Source of the DNA: Mobula hypostoma
Lineage: Eukaryota
Direction of reading: 5' to 3'
Length of the DNA stretch: 64,000 bases
NCBI RefSeq assembly: GCF_963921235.1
Contig: NC_086108.1
Span: 101,496,001 to 101,560,000, forward strand
In this document: positions 23,863 to 37,074 of the stretch, one piece after another
Layout: each line of letters starts with the position of its first letter
Position numbering within the stretch: position 1 is the stretch's first letter
Position numbers and translations under genes: made by a program
The notes under the pieces: model-generated
The model's database searches: none
Told to the model about the DNA's origin: nothing
The model's input: only the letters and a program-made list of their open reading frames with translations

Positions 23863-24871
23863 TGATTCCATTATAATTCATACGTGAATGACTTTACAAT
23901 AATAAGCCTTGGGAAAGTGACTTACTTGACTTGCATTTATATATTATGTCATGCAAATAGCGCAAACTCAGACTGTCTTGTATACTTTCTCAGACCCATG
24001 AGGTCAGCCAAAGTTCTAGAGCAACCAGCACTTGATCTCTGTTATATCTACACTTCCCTTGACTTTGAAGAATATTCTGCCTTCACAAAAGAATTACATC
24101 TTTTCTTTTCCTTAAGATAATACACAGTAGTGGTTAGCTATAATAGATTCTACATTTAGCTGTCCTAAATTGGACATGAAGAATACATTGCTACATGAGA
24201 AATCTAGAAAGCGATGAAATAATTTGGAAACACAAGTTCAAATCCCTGAATGTTTAGTCTGGGAAATGAAATTATTTCAACAATTGGAAACAAACTATTA
24301 GCATATTTTAAATTACTGGTTTAGCTTGAAAACCCATATAACTTCTAATTTCCCTTAGAAAAATAAATTTGCTTTCCTTATGCCTACACTTACAGTAATA
24401 TATCTCAAACCAGATTTCACAGTAACAAAAAATCAAATTACATTGTGATATCAACTCACTGAGTGATCAAGGGTTCCAACTGGAATTCAGTCACCACTCA
24501 TAACCGGTAATAAAATGTTGAAAAGTTCATATTCTTCAAGTCAAAGTTTGAAAACCCCTCTAATCTACTTTAATAATGAGAAAGTCCTTGAAGCAATAGA
24601 AGGAAATGGTTTGCATAAGAAAAAATAAACAATTGTCAATGACTAAAATTAATTGTGTTCAATGTCCCTGTATGGCTGTGATAAAGGCAATGTGCAAAGG
24701 CATATTGCTGCTATCTGAGACTCATTTGTTCTCTTCAAACCTCCTCTTCATTACAAACCATTGCCTTTTGTCAACTGGTAAATTGTTTTAAACACAAAAC
24801 TTTGGAAAGGCCTGTTTATTGGTTCAACCTCACTGGCAGGGAATCAATTATGAGAGACAAAATTGATGATT

Positions 24872-27775
24872 AGACGATAAGACATAGGAGCAGAACTAGG
24901 CTATTCAGCCCATCGAGTCTGCTCTGCCATTTCGTCATGGCTGACCCTGGATCCCATTCAACCCTTTACTCCTGGCCTCTCTCCATATTCCTTGATGCCC
25001 CAGCCAGTCAGGAATCTATCAACTTCTGCTTTGAATATACCCACAGACTTGTCCTCCACCACAGTTTGTGGCAGAGCATTCTACAGATTCACCAATCTTT
25101 GGCTAAAATAATTCCTCCTTACTTCTGTTTTGATAGTTCACCACTCAATTGTGAGGCTGTGCCCTCTAGTTCTGGATATCCCTACCAGAGGAAACATTCT
25201 CTCCACATCCACCTTATTTAGTCCTTTCAGCATTTGGTAGGTTTCAAGGAGATCCCCATGCATTATTTTAAATTCCAGTGAGTACACGCCCAAAGCTGCC
25301 AAATGCTCCTATTATAGAAACATAGAAAACCTACAGCGCAATATAGGCCCTTTATTTTTCTAAGCACCATGTACCTATCCAAAAGTCTTGTGAAAGACCC
25401 TATCATAAAAAGACTCCACCACTGTTGCCAGCAGCCCATTCCACGCACTCACCACTCTCTGCTTAAAAAACTTACCCCTGACATCTCCTCTGTACCTACT
25501 CCCAAGCACCTTAAACCTGTGCCCTCTTGTGGCAGCCATTTCAGCCCTGGGAAAAGCCTCTGACTGTCGACACGATCAATGCCTCTCGTCATCTTATACA
25601 CCTCTATCAGGTCACCTCTCATCCTCCATCGCTCCAAGGAGAAAAGGCCAAGTTCACGCAACCTGTTTTCATAAGGCATGCTCCCCAATCCAGGCAACAT
25701 CCATGTAAATCTCCTCTGCATCATTTCTATGGTTTCCACATCCTTCTTGTAGTGAGGCGACCACAACTGAGCACAGTACTCAAAGTGGGGTCTGACCAGG
25801 GTCCTATATAGCTGCAACATTACCTCTCGGCTCCTAAATGCAATTCCACGACTGATGAAGGCCAATACACCGTATACCTTCTTAACCACAGAGTCAACCT
25901 GCGTAGCTGCTTTGACTGTCCTATGGATTCAGGCCCCAAAGTCCCTCTGATCCTCCACACTGCCAAGAGTCTTACCATTAATACTATATTCTGCCATCAT
26001 ATTTGACCTACCAAAATGAACCACTTCACACTTATCTGGGTTGAACTCCATCTGCCACTGCTCAGCCCAGTTTTGAAACCTATCAATGTCCTGCTGTAAC
26101 CTCTGATAGCCCTCCACACTATCCACAACACCCCCAACCTTTGTGTCATCAGTAAACTTACTAACCTATCCCTCCACTTCCTCATCCAGGTCATTTATAA
26201 AAATCACCGACCTCCATGCAGAATAGGACCCATCTACAACCACTCTTTGCCTTCTCTGGGCAAGCCAGTTCTGGACCCACAAAGCAATATCCCCTTGGAT
26301 CCCATGCCTCCTTACTTTCTCAATAAGCCTTGCATGGTGTGCCTTATCAAATGCCTTGCTGAAATCCATATACACTACACCTACTGCTCTTCCTTCATCG
26401 ATGTGTTTAGTCACATACTCAAAAAATTCAATCAGGCTCGTAAGGCACGACCTGCCTTTGACAAAGCCATGCTGACTATTCCTAATCATATTATTCCTCT
26501 CCAAATGTTCATAAATCCTTCCTCTCAGGATCTTCTCCATCAATTTACCAACCACCGAAGTAAGACTCATTGGTCTATAATTTCCTGGCTATCTCTACTC
26601 CCTTTCTTGAATAAAGGAACAACATCCGCAGCCCTCCAATCCTCCGGAACCTCTCCTGTCCTCATTGATGATTCAAAGATCATCGCCAGAGGCTCAGAAA
26701 TCTCCTCCCTCACCTCCCACGGTACATTGCGGTACATCTCATTGGGTCCAGGCGACATATCCAACTTGATGCTTTCGAAAAGCTCCAGCACATCCTCTTT
26801 CTTAATATCTACATGCTGAAGCTTTTCAGTCTGCTGCAAGTCTGCACTACAACCACTAAGGTCCTTTTCCGCAGTGAATACTAAAGTAAAGTATTCATTA
26901 AGTACCCCTGCTATTTCCTCTAGTTCCATACACACTTTCCCACTATCACACTTGAGGATGTGACTAAAGAGGATGTGTTTAGTCACATCCTCAAAAAATT
27001 CAATCAGGCTCGTAAGGCACGACCTGCCCTTGACAAAGCCATGCTGACTATATGTTAACCTTCATTCCTGGAAACATCCCTGTGAACCTCCTCTGAACTC
27101 TTTCCAATGACAATACCCCCTTTTTGAGAAATATGGCCCAGAACTGTTGACAATACCTCAAGCGTGGCCTGACTATTGTCTTATAAAGCTTCAACATTAT
27201 TCCCTTGTTTTTATATTTTATTCCCTTTGAAATAAATGCCAACATTGCGTTTGCCTTCTTTACCACAGACTCAACATGTGAGTTAACCTTCTGTGAGTCT
27301 TGCACAAGGACCCCTAAGTCCATTTGCATTACTCATGTTTGAATTTTCTCCTCATTTTGATAATAGTCTGCACTATTGTTCCTTTTATCAAAATGCATTC
27401 TCATACATTTCCCAATACTGTATTCCAACTGCCACTTTTTTGCCCGTTCTTCTTTGTCCAAGTCCTGCTGCAATCACATTGCTTCGTCAGCAGTATCTGC
27501 CCCTCCACATATCTTTGTATCATCTGCTCACTTTGTCGCAAATCCATCAATTCCATTATCTAAATCATTGACAAACAATGGGCAAAATAGCAGTCCCAGT
27601 GTTAACCTCTGAGTGACACTACTAGTAACTGGCAGCCAACTGGAAAAGGCCTCTTTATTCCCACTTGCTGCCTTCTGCCTGTCATCCATTCTTCTATCCA
27701 TGCCAGCAGATTTCATGCAATACCATAGGATTTTATCTTGTTAAGCAGCCTCATGTGAGGCACCTTATCAAATTT
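24872..27775 (-). mobile_element. Older CR1 (24872-25312 and 27050-27775) with a younger CR1 nested at 25313-~27050
   Basis: RT motifs in ORFs 25449-26986 and 27048-27329. Host sequence resumes across the insertion (aaatgctcct...atatgttaacc). Confidence 0.85.
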
Positions 27776-27800
27776 GAAGGCGGAATATAATATTAATGGG

Positions 27801-29302
27801 GCAAACATGAGCAAATCTGCAGATGCTGGAAATTCAAGCAACACACTTAAAAAATGCTGGGGAACGCAGCAGGCCAGGCAGCATCTATAGGAAGAGGTAC
27901 AGTCGACGTTTCAGGCTGAGACCCTTCGTCAGGACTAACTGAAAGAAGAGATAGTAAGAGATTTGAAAGTGGGAGGGGTGGGGGAGATCCGAAATGATCA
28001 GAGAAGACAGGAGGGGGACAGATGAACCTAAGAGCTGGAAAGTTGATTGGCAAAAGGGATACGAGACTGGAGAAGGGAGAGGATCATGGGACGGGAGGCC
28101 TAGGGAGAAAGAAAGGGGGAGGGGAACCCAGAGGATGCGGAAGGAGTTATAGTGAGAGGGACAGAGGGAGAAAAAAGAGAGAGAGAGAAAAAAATAATAA
28201 TAAATAAATAAATAAAGGATGGGGTACGAAGGTGGAGAGGTGGAGAGGTGGGGAGGTGGGGCATTAACAGAAGTTAGAGAAGTCAATGTTCATGCTATCA
28301 GTTTGGAGACTACCCAGACGGAATATAAGGTGTTGTTCCTCCAACCTGAGTGTGGCTTCATCTTTGCAGAAGAGGAGGCCGTGGATAGACATATCAGAAT
28401 GGGAATGGGATGTGGAATTAAAATGTGTGGCCACTGGGAGATCCTGCTTTCTCTGGTGGACAGAGCGTAGGTGTTCAGTGAAATGGTCTCCCAGCCTGTG
28501 TCGGGTCTCGCCAATATATAGAAGGCCATATCAGGAGCACCGGACGCAGTATATCACCTCAGCCGACTCACAGGTGAAGTGTCGCCTCACCTGGAAGGAC
28601 TGTCTGGGACCCTGAATGGTGGTGAGGGAGGAAGTGTAAGGGCATGTGTAGCACCTGCTCCGCTTACAAGGATAAGTGCCAGAAGGGAGATCGGTGGGAA
28701 GGGATGGGGGGGGGCGAATGGGCAAGGGAGTCGTGTAGGGAGCGATCCCTGCGGAAAACAGAAAGTGGGGGGAGTGAAAGATGCGCTTTGTAGTGGGATC
28801 CCGTTGGAGATGGCGGAAGTTATGGAGAATTAAATGTTGGACCCGGAGGCTGGTGGTGTGGTAGGTGGGGACAAGGGGAACCCTATTCCTAGTGAGGTGG
28901 CGGGAGGATGGGGTGAGAGCAGATGTGCGTGAAATGGGAGAGATGCGTTTGAGAGCAGAGTTGATGGTGGAGGAAGGGAAGCCCCTTTCTTTAAAAAAGG
29001 ACATCTCCTTCGTCGTGGAATGAAAAGCCTCATCCTGAGAGCAGACGCGTCGGAGATGGAGGAATTGCGAGAAGGGGATGACATTTTTGCAAGAGACAGG
29101 GTGAGAAGAGGAATAGTCCAGGTAGCTGTGACAGTCCGTAGGCTTATAGTAGACATCAGTGGATAAGCTGTTTCCAGAGACAGAGACAGAAAGGTCAAAA
29201 AGGGGAGGGAGGTGTCGGAAATGGACCAGGTAAACTTGAGGGCAGGATGAAAGTTGGAGGCAAAATTAATGAAGTCAACAAGCTCAGCATGCGTGCCAGA
29301 AG
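27801..29302 (-). mobile_element. Penelope-like element, 3' part (RT C-term, GIY-YIG endonuclease, pLTR-like tail)
   Basis: FHPALKFTWSIS, FFKERGFP, PCKRSRCYTC, FTCES..VIYCVRCS..LYIGET motifs. Confidence 0.9.
27901..27936 (-). ncRNA. Minimal type I hammerhead ribozyme motif
   Basis: Minus strand AGUC-CUGACGA-A-GGGUCUCAGCCU-GAAAC-GUC-GACU. It has the conserved core CUGANGA and GAAA, a GUC cleavage triplet, stem I AGUC/GACU and a palindromic ACGU in place of stem III. Confidence 0.75.
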
Positions 29303-30083
29303 TCATAGTCATAGTCATACTTTATTGATCCCAGGGGGAAAATGGTTTTCGTTACAGTTGCACCATAAATAATAAATAGTGATAGAACCATAGATAGTTA
29401 AATAGCAATATGTAAATTATGCCAGTAAATTATGAAATACGTCCAGGACCAGCCTATCGGCACAGGGTGTCTGACCCTCCAAGGGAAGAGTTGTAAAGTT
29501 TGATGGCCACAGGCAGGAATGACTTCCTATGACGCTCTGTGTTGCATCTCGGTGGAATGAGTCTCTGGCTGAATGTACTCCTGTGCCCACCCAGTACATT
29601 ATGTAGTGGATGGGAGACATTGTCCAAGATGGCATGCAACTTGGACAGCATCCTCTTTTCAGACACCACCATGAGAGAGTCCAGTTCCATCCCCACATCA
29701 CTGGCCTTACGAATAAGTTTGTTGATTCTGTTGGTGTCTGCTACCATCAGCCTGCTGCCCTAGCACACAATAGCAAACATGATAGTACTGGCCACCACAG
29801 ACTCATAGAGCATCCCCAGCATCGTCTGGCAATGGTTAAAGGACCTCAGTCTCCTCAGGAAATAGAGACGGCTCTGACCCTTCTTGTAGACAGCCTCAGT
29901 GTTCTTTGACCAGTCCAGTTTATTGTCAATTCGTATCCCCAGGTATTTGTAATCCTCCACCATGTCCACACTGACCCCCTGGATGGAAACAGGGGTCACC
30001 AGTGCCTTAGCTCTCCTCAGGTCTACCACAAGCTCCTTAGTCTTTTTCACATTAAGCTACAGATAATTCTGCTCACGCCATGT
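29303..30083 (-). mobile_element. Rex1/Babar-type LINE 3' fragment
   Basis: KTKELVVDLRR...YKYLG; tail gtcatagtcatagtcatac at 29302-29320. Confidence 0.88.
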
Positions 30084-31417
30084 GACAAAGCAGTGGGACA
30101 TCGACCGTCTTCACTTCACCACACCGTGTTCCCATTCCAACCTCACTGCTTCCAAACACTCTGCTCTCCACTCCCTCCGCACTAATCCTAACCTTACTAT
30201 AAAACCTGCCGATAAGGGGGGTGCTGTTTTAGTCTGGTGTACTGACCTCCACCTTGCCGAGGCACAGTAGACAACTCGTGGATACCTCCTCTTATTTACC
30301 CCTTGATCGTGACCCCACTAAGGAGCACCAGGCCATTGTCTCCCACACCATCACCGACTTTATCCGCTCAGGGGATCTCCCATCCACTGCTACCAACCTT
30401 ATAGTTCCCACACCCCGCACTTCCCGTTTCTACCTCCTACCCAAGATTCACAAACCTGCCTGTCCAGGTAGACCCATTGTCTCAGCTTGCTCTTGCCCCA
30501 CCGAACTCATTTTGCATACCTTGACACTGTTTTATCCCCCCTTGTTCAATCCCTTCCTACCTATGTTCATGACACTTCTCACACTCTGAATTTTTTCGAT
30601 GATTTTAAGTTCCCTGGCCCCCACTGCTTTAGTTTCACCATGGATGTCCAGTCCCTATATACTTCCATTCCCCATCAGGAAGGTCTCAAAGCTCTCCGCT
30701 TCTTTTTGGATTCCAGACCTAACCAGTTCTCCTCTACCACCACTTTCCTCTGTCTAGAGAAATTAGTCCTTACCCTTAATAATTTCTCCTTTGGCTCCTC
30801 CCAATTCCTCCAAACTAAAGGTGTAGCCCTGGGCACCGTATGGGTCCCAGCTATGCCTGCCTTTTTGTTGGCTCTGTGGAACAATCCATGTTCCAAGCTG
30901 ATCTACGGGCTGTTCCCGGGGACGCACACGGAGACCAACATCCGGTGCTGCTGCCAGATCATCAACCTAGTGAAAGACGCTCTTTGGTCGGCCCAAAACT
31001 TGATGATCTACCAGCAAATGGAGATGTCCGTGGGAGAATGCTGCTGGCTGGCACATTCTCGGCTGCTGGAGTACGTGCTGAGGGACACACTGAGACTTGA
31101 TGCAGCCACTGCAAGGGCCCTGTGGGGAAGGACCACGGTTTAGGGTTCTTCTCCCATGGGAGTGGGAGGGGTCGGGTGGTGGGGAGCATACCCCTCAACA
31201 ATGATGTGGTAAGGTGAACCAATGGAGTGCCATGTGGGTGGCCAAAAGTATGGATATGTACAGACCATAATAGGAACATATGTAAACGATAGAAAGTTAT
31301 TGAATGGATTATTGTATATAATTTTATTTTTGAATAAAGTATATTTTGAAATTTAAAAAAATACTGGTATCTGTCCCCCACTTTTCCTTCACTACATCGA
31401 CGACTGCATTGGTGCTG
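30084..31417 (+). mobile_element. Penelope RT N-terminal part, inverted relative to 27801-29302 and interrupted by a Tx1-like LINE
   Basis: IKPADKGGAV, FYLLPKIHK..PGRPIVS, MDVQSLYTSIPH, QTKGVA, and YIDD (tacatcgacgac, 31393-31404). Confidence 0.9.
30899..31361 (+). mobile_element. L1/Tx1-clade LINE 3' end with poly(A)
   Basis: LIYGLFPGTHTETNI...VKDALWSA.N...LWG-stop, then 3'UTR, AATAAA (31333) and A-tail. Confidence 0.75.
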
Positions 31418-32235
31418 TAACCATGGCTGACAAGGAAAGTTAAGGACTGCATAAAAGCCAAGGAAAGGGCATATAAGGTAGCAAAAGTTGGTGGGAAGTT
31501 GAGGTTGGATGATTGGGAAGCTTTTAAAATCCAACAGAAGGCAACTAAAAAAGCTGTAAGATGGAAAAAGATGAAATATGAGGGCAAACTAGCCAATAAT
31601 ATAAAGAGGGATACAAATCTTTGTGGGTGGAGTTAAGAAACTGCTAGGGTAAAAAAAACCATTATGGGAATCATATATAGGCCTCCAAATTGTAGCCAAG
31701 ATGTGAGGTTGAGATTGCAAAGGGACTTTACTGCCAAATGAAGCAGTAGGAGTGAAAGGGTTATCAGAGGAACAAAAGGGTTATCATACGAGGAATGCTT
31801 GATGGCTCTGGGTCTGTACTCGCAGGAATTCAGAAGGATGAGGGGTGATCTCATTGAAACCTTTCGAATGTTGAAAGGCCTAGACAGATTCAATGTGGAA
31901 AAGATGTTTTCCATGGTAAGAGAGTCTAGGACAAGAGGGCACAGCCTCAGAATGTAGGGGTGCCCTTTCAAAACAGAGATGCAGAGAAATTTCTTTATCC
32001 AAAGCTGGTAAATTTGTGAAATTTGTTGCCACATGCAACTGTGGAGGCCAGGTCTTTGGGTGTATTTAAGGCAGAGGCTGATAGGTTCCTGATTGGACAT
32101 GGCATCAAAGGTTACTGGGAGAAGGCCGGGAACTGGGGTTGAGGAGGAGATAGAATAAAATGATCAGCCACGACTGAATGGAGGAGCAGACGTGATTTGC
32201 CAGATAGGCCAATTCTGTTCCTATGTCTTATGGTT
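31418..32235 (+). mobile_element. Internally deleted CR1 fragments
   Basis: PWLTRKVKDCIK-like, IYRPPN-like and LGLYS.EFRRMRGDLIE segments; tail tcctatgtcttatgg. Confidence 0.75.
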
Positions 32236-32239
32236 GAAA

Positions 32240-33960
32240 TGATTTTTACAACCTGAGAGGAGTGAAATATTTTCACAAGAAATGTCTCAGCGGCTTGGCA
32301 CCAGCTAGACCATTGTTGACAAGAACACATAATGACAAGTTAACATTTCAAGATATTTCTGTAAGAATTGGTGGTGCACCCAACATGATTGGTAAAGAGG
32401 TAGTTTTTTTTTCAGTCTCTCTGCAAAAGATGTTGGACATCCACTAATAGGCTCTCATTGTATAGATTTACAAAGAGATTTTGAGTGAAAAAAACTGGCC
32501 TTAAAAAGTGATGAAATTTGCAACCAGTTTTATTAATCCTATATCTGGGTGTGCTTTGAAAAAATAATTTCAAAATTTGGTTCAAACCTAAAATACACAT
32601 CACAAGAATTGAAGCTCCTGAAAAGATAGACATTCAGAGCCTTCCAATGCAATTTTCAATCATCATTGGTTCAACCACTGAACAATTTCCTTTAAGATTC
32701 ACTAAATTCAGGTTAATAAGCAATGATAAGCAAATGCTTTGAGAGGCTTGTCAAAGAACACATCTGCAGTATGCTACCACCCAAACCGGACCCCCTATAT
32801 TCACCTCTCCTTCAATGTCACAAAAACAAAGGAGCTGGTTGTGGATTACAGGAGGAATGGATACAGGGTAACCCCTATTGACATCAATGGATCTGGGGTT
32901 GAGAGGGTAAACAGCTCTAAGTTCCTTGGCATCCACATCACTGAGAACCTCACGTGGTCTGTACACACCAGCTGTGTGGTGAAAAAGACACAGCAGCACC
33001 TCTTTCAGCTCAGATGGTTGAGGAAGTCTGGTATGGACCCCCAGATCCTAAGAACCTTCTACAAGGGCACAATTGAGAGCATCTTGACTGGCTGCATCAC
33101 TGCCTGGTATGGGAACTGTACCTCACTTAATCGCAGGATTCTGCAGAGAGTGGCGTGGACATCCCAGTGCATCTGTAGTTGTGAACTTCCCATGATTCAG
33201 GACAATTACAAAGACAGGTGTGAGAAAAGGGCCCGAAGGATCATTGGGGACCTGAGTCACCCCAAATACAACCTATTCCAGCGGCTACCATCTGGGAAAT
33301 GGTACCACAGCATAAAAGCCAGGACCAACAGGCTCTGGGACAGCTTCTTCCAGCCTAGCCATCAAACTGATTAACTCACGCTGATCTGAGTTTATTTCTA
33401 TGTTACATTGACTGTTCTATTTATTATAAATTATTATAAATTACTATGATTGCACATTGCACATTTAGATGGAGACGTAATGTAAAGATTTTTACTCCTC
33501 ATGTATGTGAAGGATGTAAGGAGTAAAGTCAATTTAATTTCAATTTAAAGTCAAGAAACTACAAAATTCCTAAAGTATCGATATTGTTACATTAAACAAC
33601 GTGAATTCGGAAATGTTTTGGTGGATGGATTTGGATAATTTTGAAATGAAATTGATTGATTTACAAAGCAGCTCAATTTGGAGGCAAAAATTTGTTGATT
33701 TAAGAGCTAAATTAAAAAATGTTGAAAGAGATCTGTTATTGACTGGATCAAAGTATAAAAACCTAGACAATGAGGTTCAAAAAGCTCTGCAATTCCATTC
33801 CTGAAACTTTTAGCTCTCTGAACATAATCCTGTAATGACAATATTAACAGTATTTTCATCAACATATTTATGTAGTCGTTGTTTTTCAGTGATGAACTCG
33901 GTCAAGTCTAATTATAGGAATAGACTTACTGCTACATGTATAGCTCTCAAAATAACATAA
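32240..33960 (+). pseudogene. hAT (Charlie/Buster/GTF2IRD2-like) transposase remnant, split by a LINE
   Basis: GGAPNMIGK (resembles DGAPxMxG), ELIDLQSSSIWRQKF-like, and FSSTYLC..FSVMNSVKSNYRNRLT (hAT dimerization domain). Confidence 0.7.
32735..33545 (+). mobile_element. Rex1-type LINE 3' fragment
   Basis: ORF 32739-33374 NVTKTKELVVDYRR..KFLGIHI...TIESILTGCITAWYGNC...HP...LPSG; caatt-repeat tail. Confidence 0.88.
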
Positions 33961-34283
33961 AACGGCAAATTAATCCAAACTCAAAACAAAACAATTGTGT
34001 TTGTTATATCTGCATGATGCACCCTTAACTCCAATGAAATGATTGTTCCAAAGAGTCGAATCCTTTATTCAATCCTTTATTAGCAATTAGCAAACATACC
34101 ATCTTGAAGCAATGAGCTTACACATACCCATATATAAGCTGTGCACTATTCAGCGATATTAAGTAGGCAGTAGAGATATGACTTCCACCAGTCCCAAGCT
34201 ACAAGCTGCCACAAAATAAGCAAGAGTTCGTAACTTATTCCCCTTCGCTTTTACCACCCCACACTAATGTGACTAGTTACCAT

Positions 34284-34510
34284 ATCAGAATCAGAATCAG
34301 AGTCAGGTTTATTATCACCGGCATGTGATGAGAAATTTGTTAACTTAGCAGCAGCAGTTCAATGTAATACATAATCTAGCATAGAGAAAAAAAAACATAA
34401 TGATAAATAAACAACCCTCTGCAGTTTCTTTCAGTCCTGTGCAGTAGCATCCCCCCATCATCACCATACCAGACAGTGATGCAGCCAGTACAACTATAGA
34501 AGTTTTTGCG
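34284..34510 (-). mobile_element. Rex1-type tail remnant ((ATTCTG)n)
   Basis: Nearly the same as 44348-44435 (atcagaatcag...gtttattatc...aaatttgttaacttagcagc). Confidence 0.65.
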
Positions 34511-35719
34511 TATATTATATTAAACATAATAAATGCTCCACATAGAATGTAAGGCAAATGGAAAACAGATACATGGCTCCTACAAACCAAATTCAAGCAG
34601 AATATAAAATATTTGTCATTGTTACTGGAGCAATGGTCTCATTGAAAGTGAAATGTTTTTGTTTTCCTTTCCTTGATCTTTCATGAATGTGCACCAAAGC
34701 TTATAATATCATTTTCATGCTTCTTTTGTTATATATGAGGTACAATAACAATATTATTTAGAAATGTTATTCTTCAACTGTTTTTTTAAAGATGAATATT
34801 ATTAATTTTGAACAGTTTTTCTAAAAAGTATAACTTATTTCTGTCTATCTGTTATACTTTTATTAGTAGTAAAACAACAGGACTCATTCTTTTTCTTAAA
34901 AATTTCCATAATTATTACTAATTCATTAATGAATGATAATCTCTGCTCAAGATTACCATGGAGTGGTCTTAAAGCCATGAAGAGCTGTAGTAATACTTCC
35001 TTAGTTCTGTACTCTTTCAAACTTTTAACAAGGGCCAACAGTCCTTGTCTTCTTTATCACGTCTTATTAATTATTTTGCTCTATCTTTGTGTACTTTGTC
35101 AAAATGGATAATCTCATATGTACTTTCACCTGCTATGTTTTATCACAATTGCTCCATCTATAAACGTTTTCAACCCCCTGCATCCTCTTTATTGCTCACT
35201 TTCCTATCCATCTTTGTATTGTTCACAAACACTGATTGCACATGGGCACTTCATCTTAGTTTATAAATTATAAATACCTGACCGTTCTATACTGACCTCT
35301 GAGGCATCTCATTTGTTCCAGCTTTCCAAGGCAAAAATGACTCATTATTTTTGATCCCCACTCATGCTCTTCATCTCTATCTCAAGTTGCTTTGGTAAAT
35401 TAAGTCTCTGTAGTTTGAATCTATATCTTACTTTTCAAACAGGGAGTATAGAAAAACACTCAGCAAAGCCTCCAGTCAAGGAGGAAAATAGCTTGTGGCT
35501 CAATTAGGAAGCTTCAGCAGGCTCAAATCAAGGGGAGTAATTAGACTTTCCTCGGAAACACTCACTGTTGACTTCCCACCATTTAAGATCATGAACCTTC
35601 AAGATTTTAAGCCACTGCTGAGTTTAAGCCACCTCATTTTTCTTTCTAGCAATTAATTCAACTAATGTTGATAACCCTGGCTAAACAAATGTAAAATCAC
35701 ACAGCCATCCAGGGAGAGA

Positions 35720-36187
35720 GGGACATATTCCATCTGGGAGGTCTCCAATCTGACGGTATGAACATTGATTTTTCTAACTTCTGGTAATTTCAACCCCTCC
35801 TCTATCTTTTCTTTTTTCTATTTCCCTTTCTGGCTCCCCTCATATCCTTCTCTTCTCTTCTCCTCACCTGTCTATCACCTCCCTCTAGTTCCCCACCTCC
35901 TTCCCTTTCTCTCATAGTCCACTCTCCTCTCCTATCAGATTCCTTCTTCTTAAGCACTTTAATTTTCCACCTATCACCTCCCAGCTTCTCACTTCATCCC
36001 CTCCCTCACCCACCTACCTTCCCCCTCACCTATCACCTTTTAACTTGTACTCCTTCCCCTCCCCACAGCTTCTTCCCCCTGTCTTTCCTGTCCTGATGAA
36101 GGGTCTTGGCCCAGAATGTTGAATCTTTATTCCTTTCCATAGATTCTGACTGACCTGCTGAGTTCTTCCAGCAATTTTTTGTGTGTT
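35720..36187 (+). mobile_element. Penelope 3' tail remnant with degenerate hammerhead motif
   Basis: ctccaatctgacggtatgaacattgat, pyrimidine tract, gtcctgatgaagggtcttggccc (36090-36112). Confidence 0.75.
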
Positions 36188-37074
36188 ATGAGGCACTGAA
36201 AAATATTGAATGTTTGTGTGTATCCCTTTTCTGTCTATAAGTTGCTAAAATAATAAAATAATTTAAACTATTAATAAAGATGGTTTATCAATATTCTGTC
36301 TCTGGTGACAATTTTTGTTGTGGGATATGAGAAATGCATCTAGATTGGTGAGATTATAGAGGCACAAGAAGATAACAGAATATGAAGCAAGGACCCGAAA
36401 GAATTCATGCTCCCAAGGGAATAGTTTATGGCAGAAAATTATATAAAACAAAATTTACCTTTGGTATTTTATTCCCTTGGAACTGTTGAGATATATGAGA
36501 CTAAATCACTTTGTTGGTTGGGGAGGAGACTGTATTAGATCAGAGAGGTGAATGTAGAAAAGTATATGCTGCAGGCATTTGGAACAGGGTGGAGAAATAA
36601 AATCTGGATGAATTGCTTGCATGGAAGGTGAATGACAACATTGGCCTGATGTTGTAGCTTACAGGCTCATTGTTTTATAAGTTCAACCACTACAACAAAC
36701 AACAGCAAAATAGCATGCTGATGGGCCAGCCAGTGAGTTGGAGGCAGAATTGAATGGACATCTAATTTGCTCACAAGCTGCCCCAGAATCTCCTAATGCA
36801 GCATTTATGCAACGATCAGATGCGCTTGTCGTCACAAAATAATTAATCTGCTCAGTCTGGTTTTGATGATGCTGGGTGAGAGGTGAATATTGATCAAGGT
36901 GCCTTGGAAGTTCCAGTGGTTTTCATTTAAAGTGCTAGTGTACTTTAGTGTACTAGTGCTTTTTGTATTTGCCTGGAAAGGCTAGATCTTAATGCATTGA
37001 CTTATTTGAAAGAATAATTACTGGCAGCATAGTGCATAAACACGCCATCCTGAGAACATCTGCTCAAAATTCTC

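Noticed and set aside
23198..23887. 229-aa plus-strand ORF
   Set aside because: It runs antisense through a SINE and a GC-rich repeat and has no recognisable domain, so it is likely a chance ORF.
30487..31143. 218-aa ORF as a novel RT fusion protein
   Set aside because: It is an accidental in-frame junction of a Penelope RT fragment and an inserted Tx1-like 3' end, and both are degenerate.
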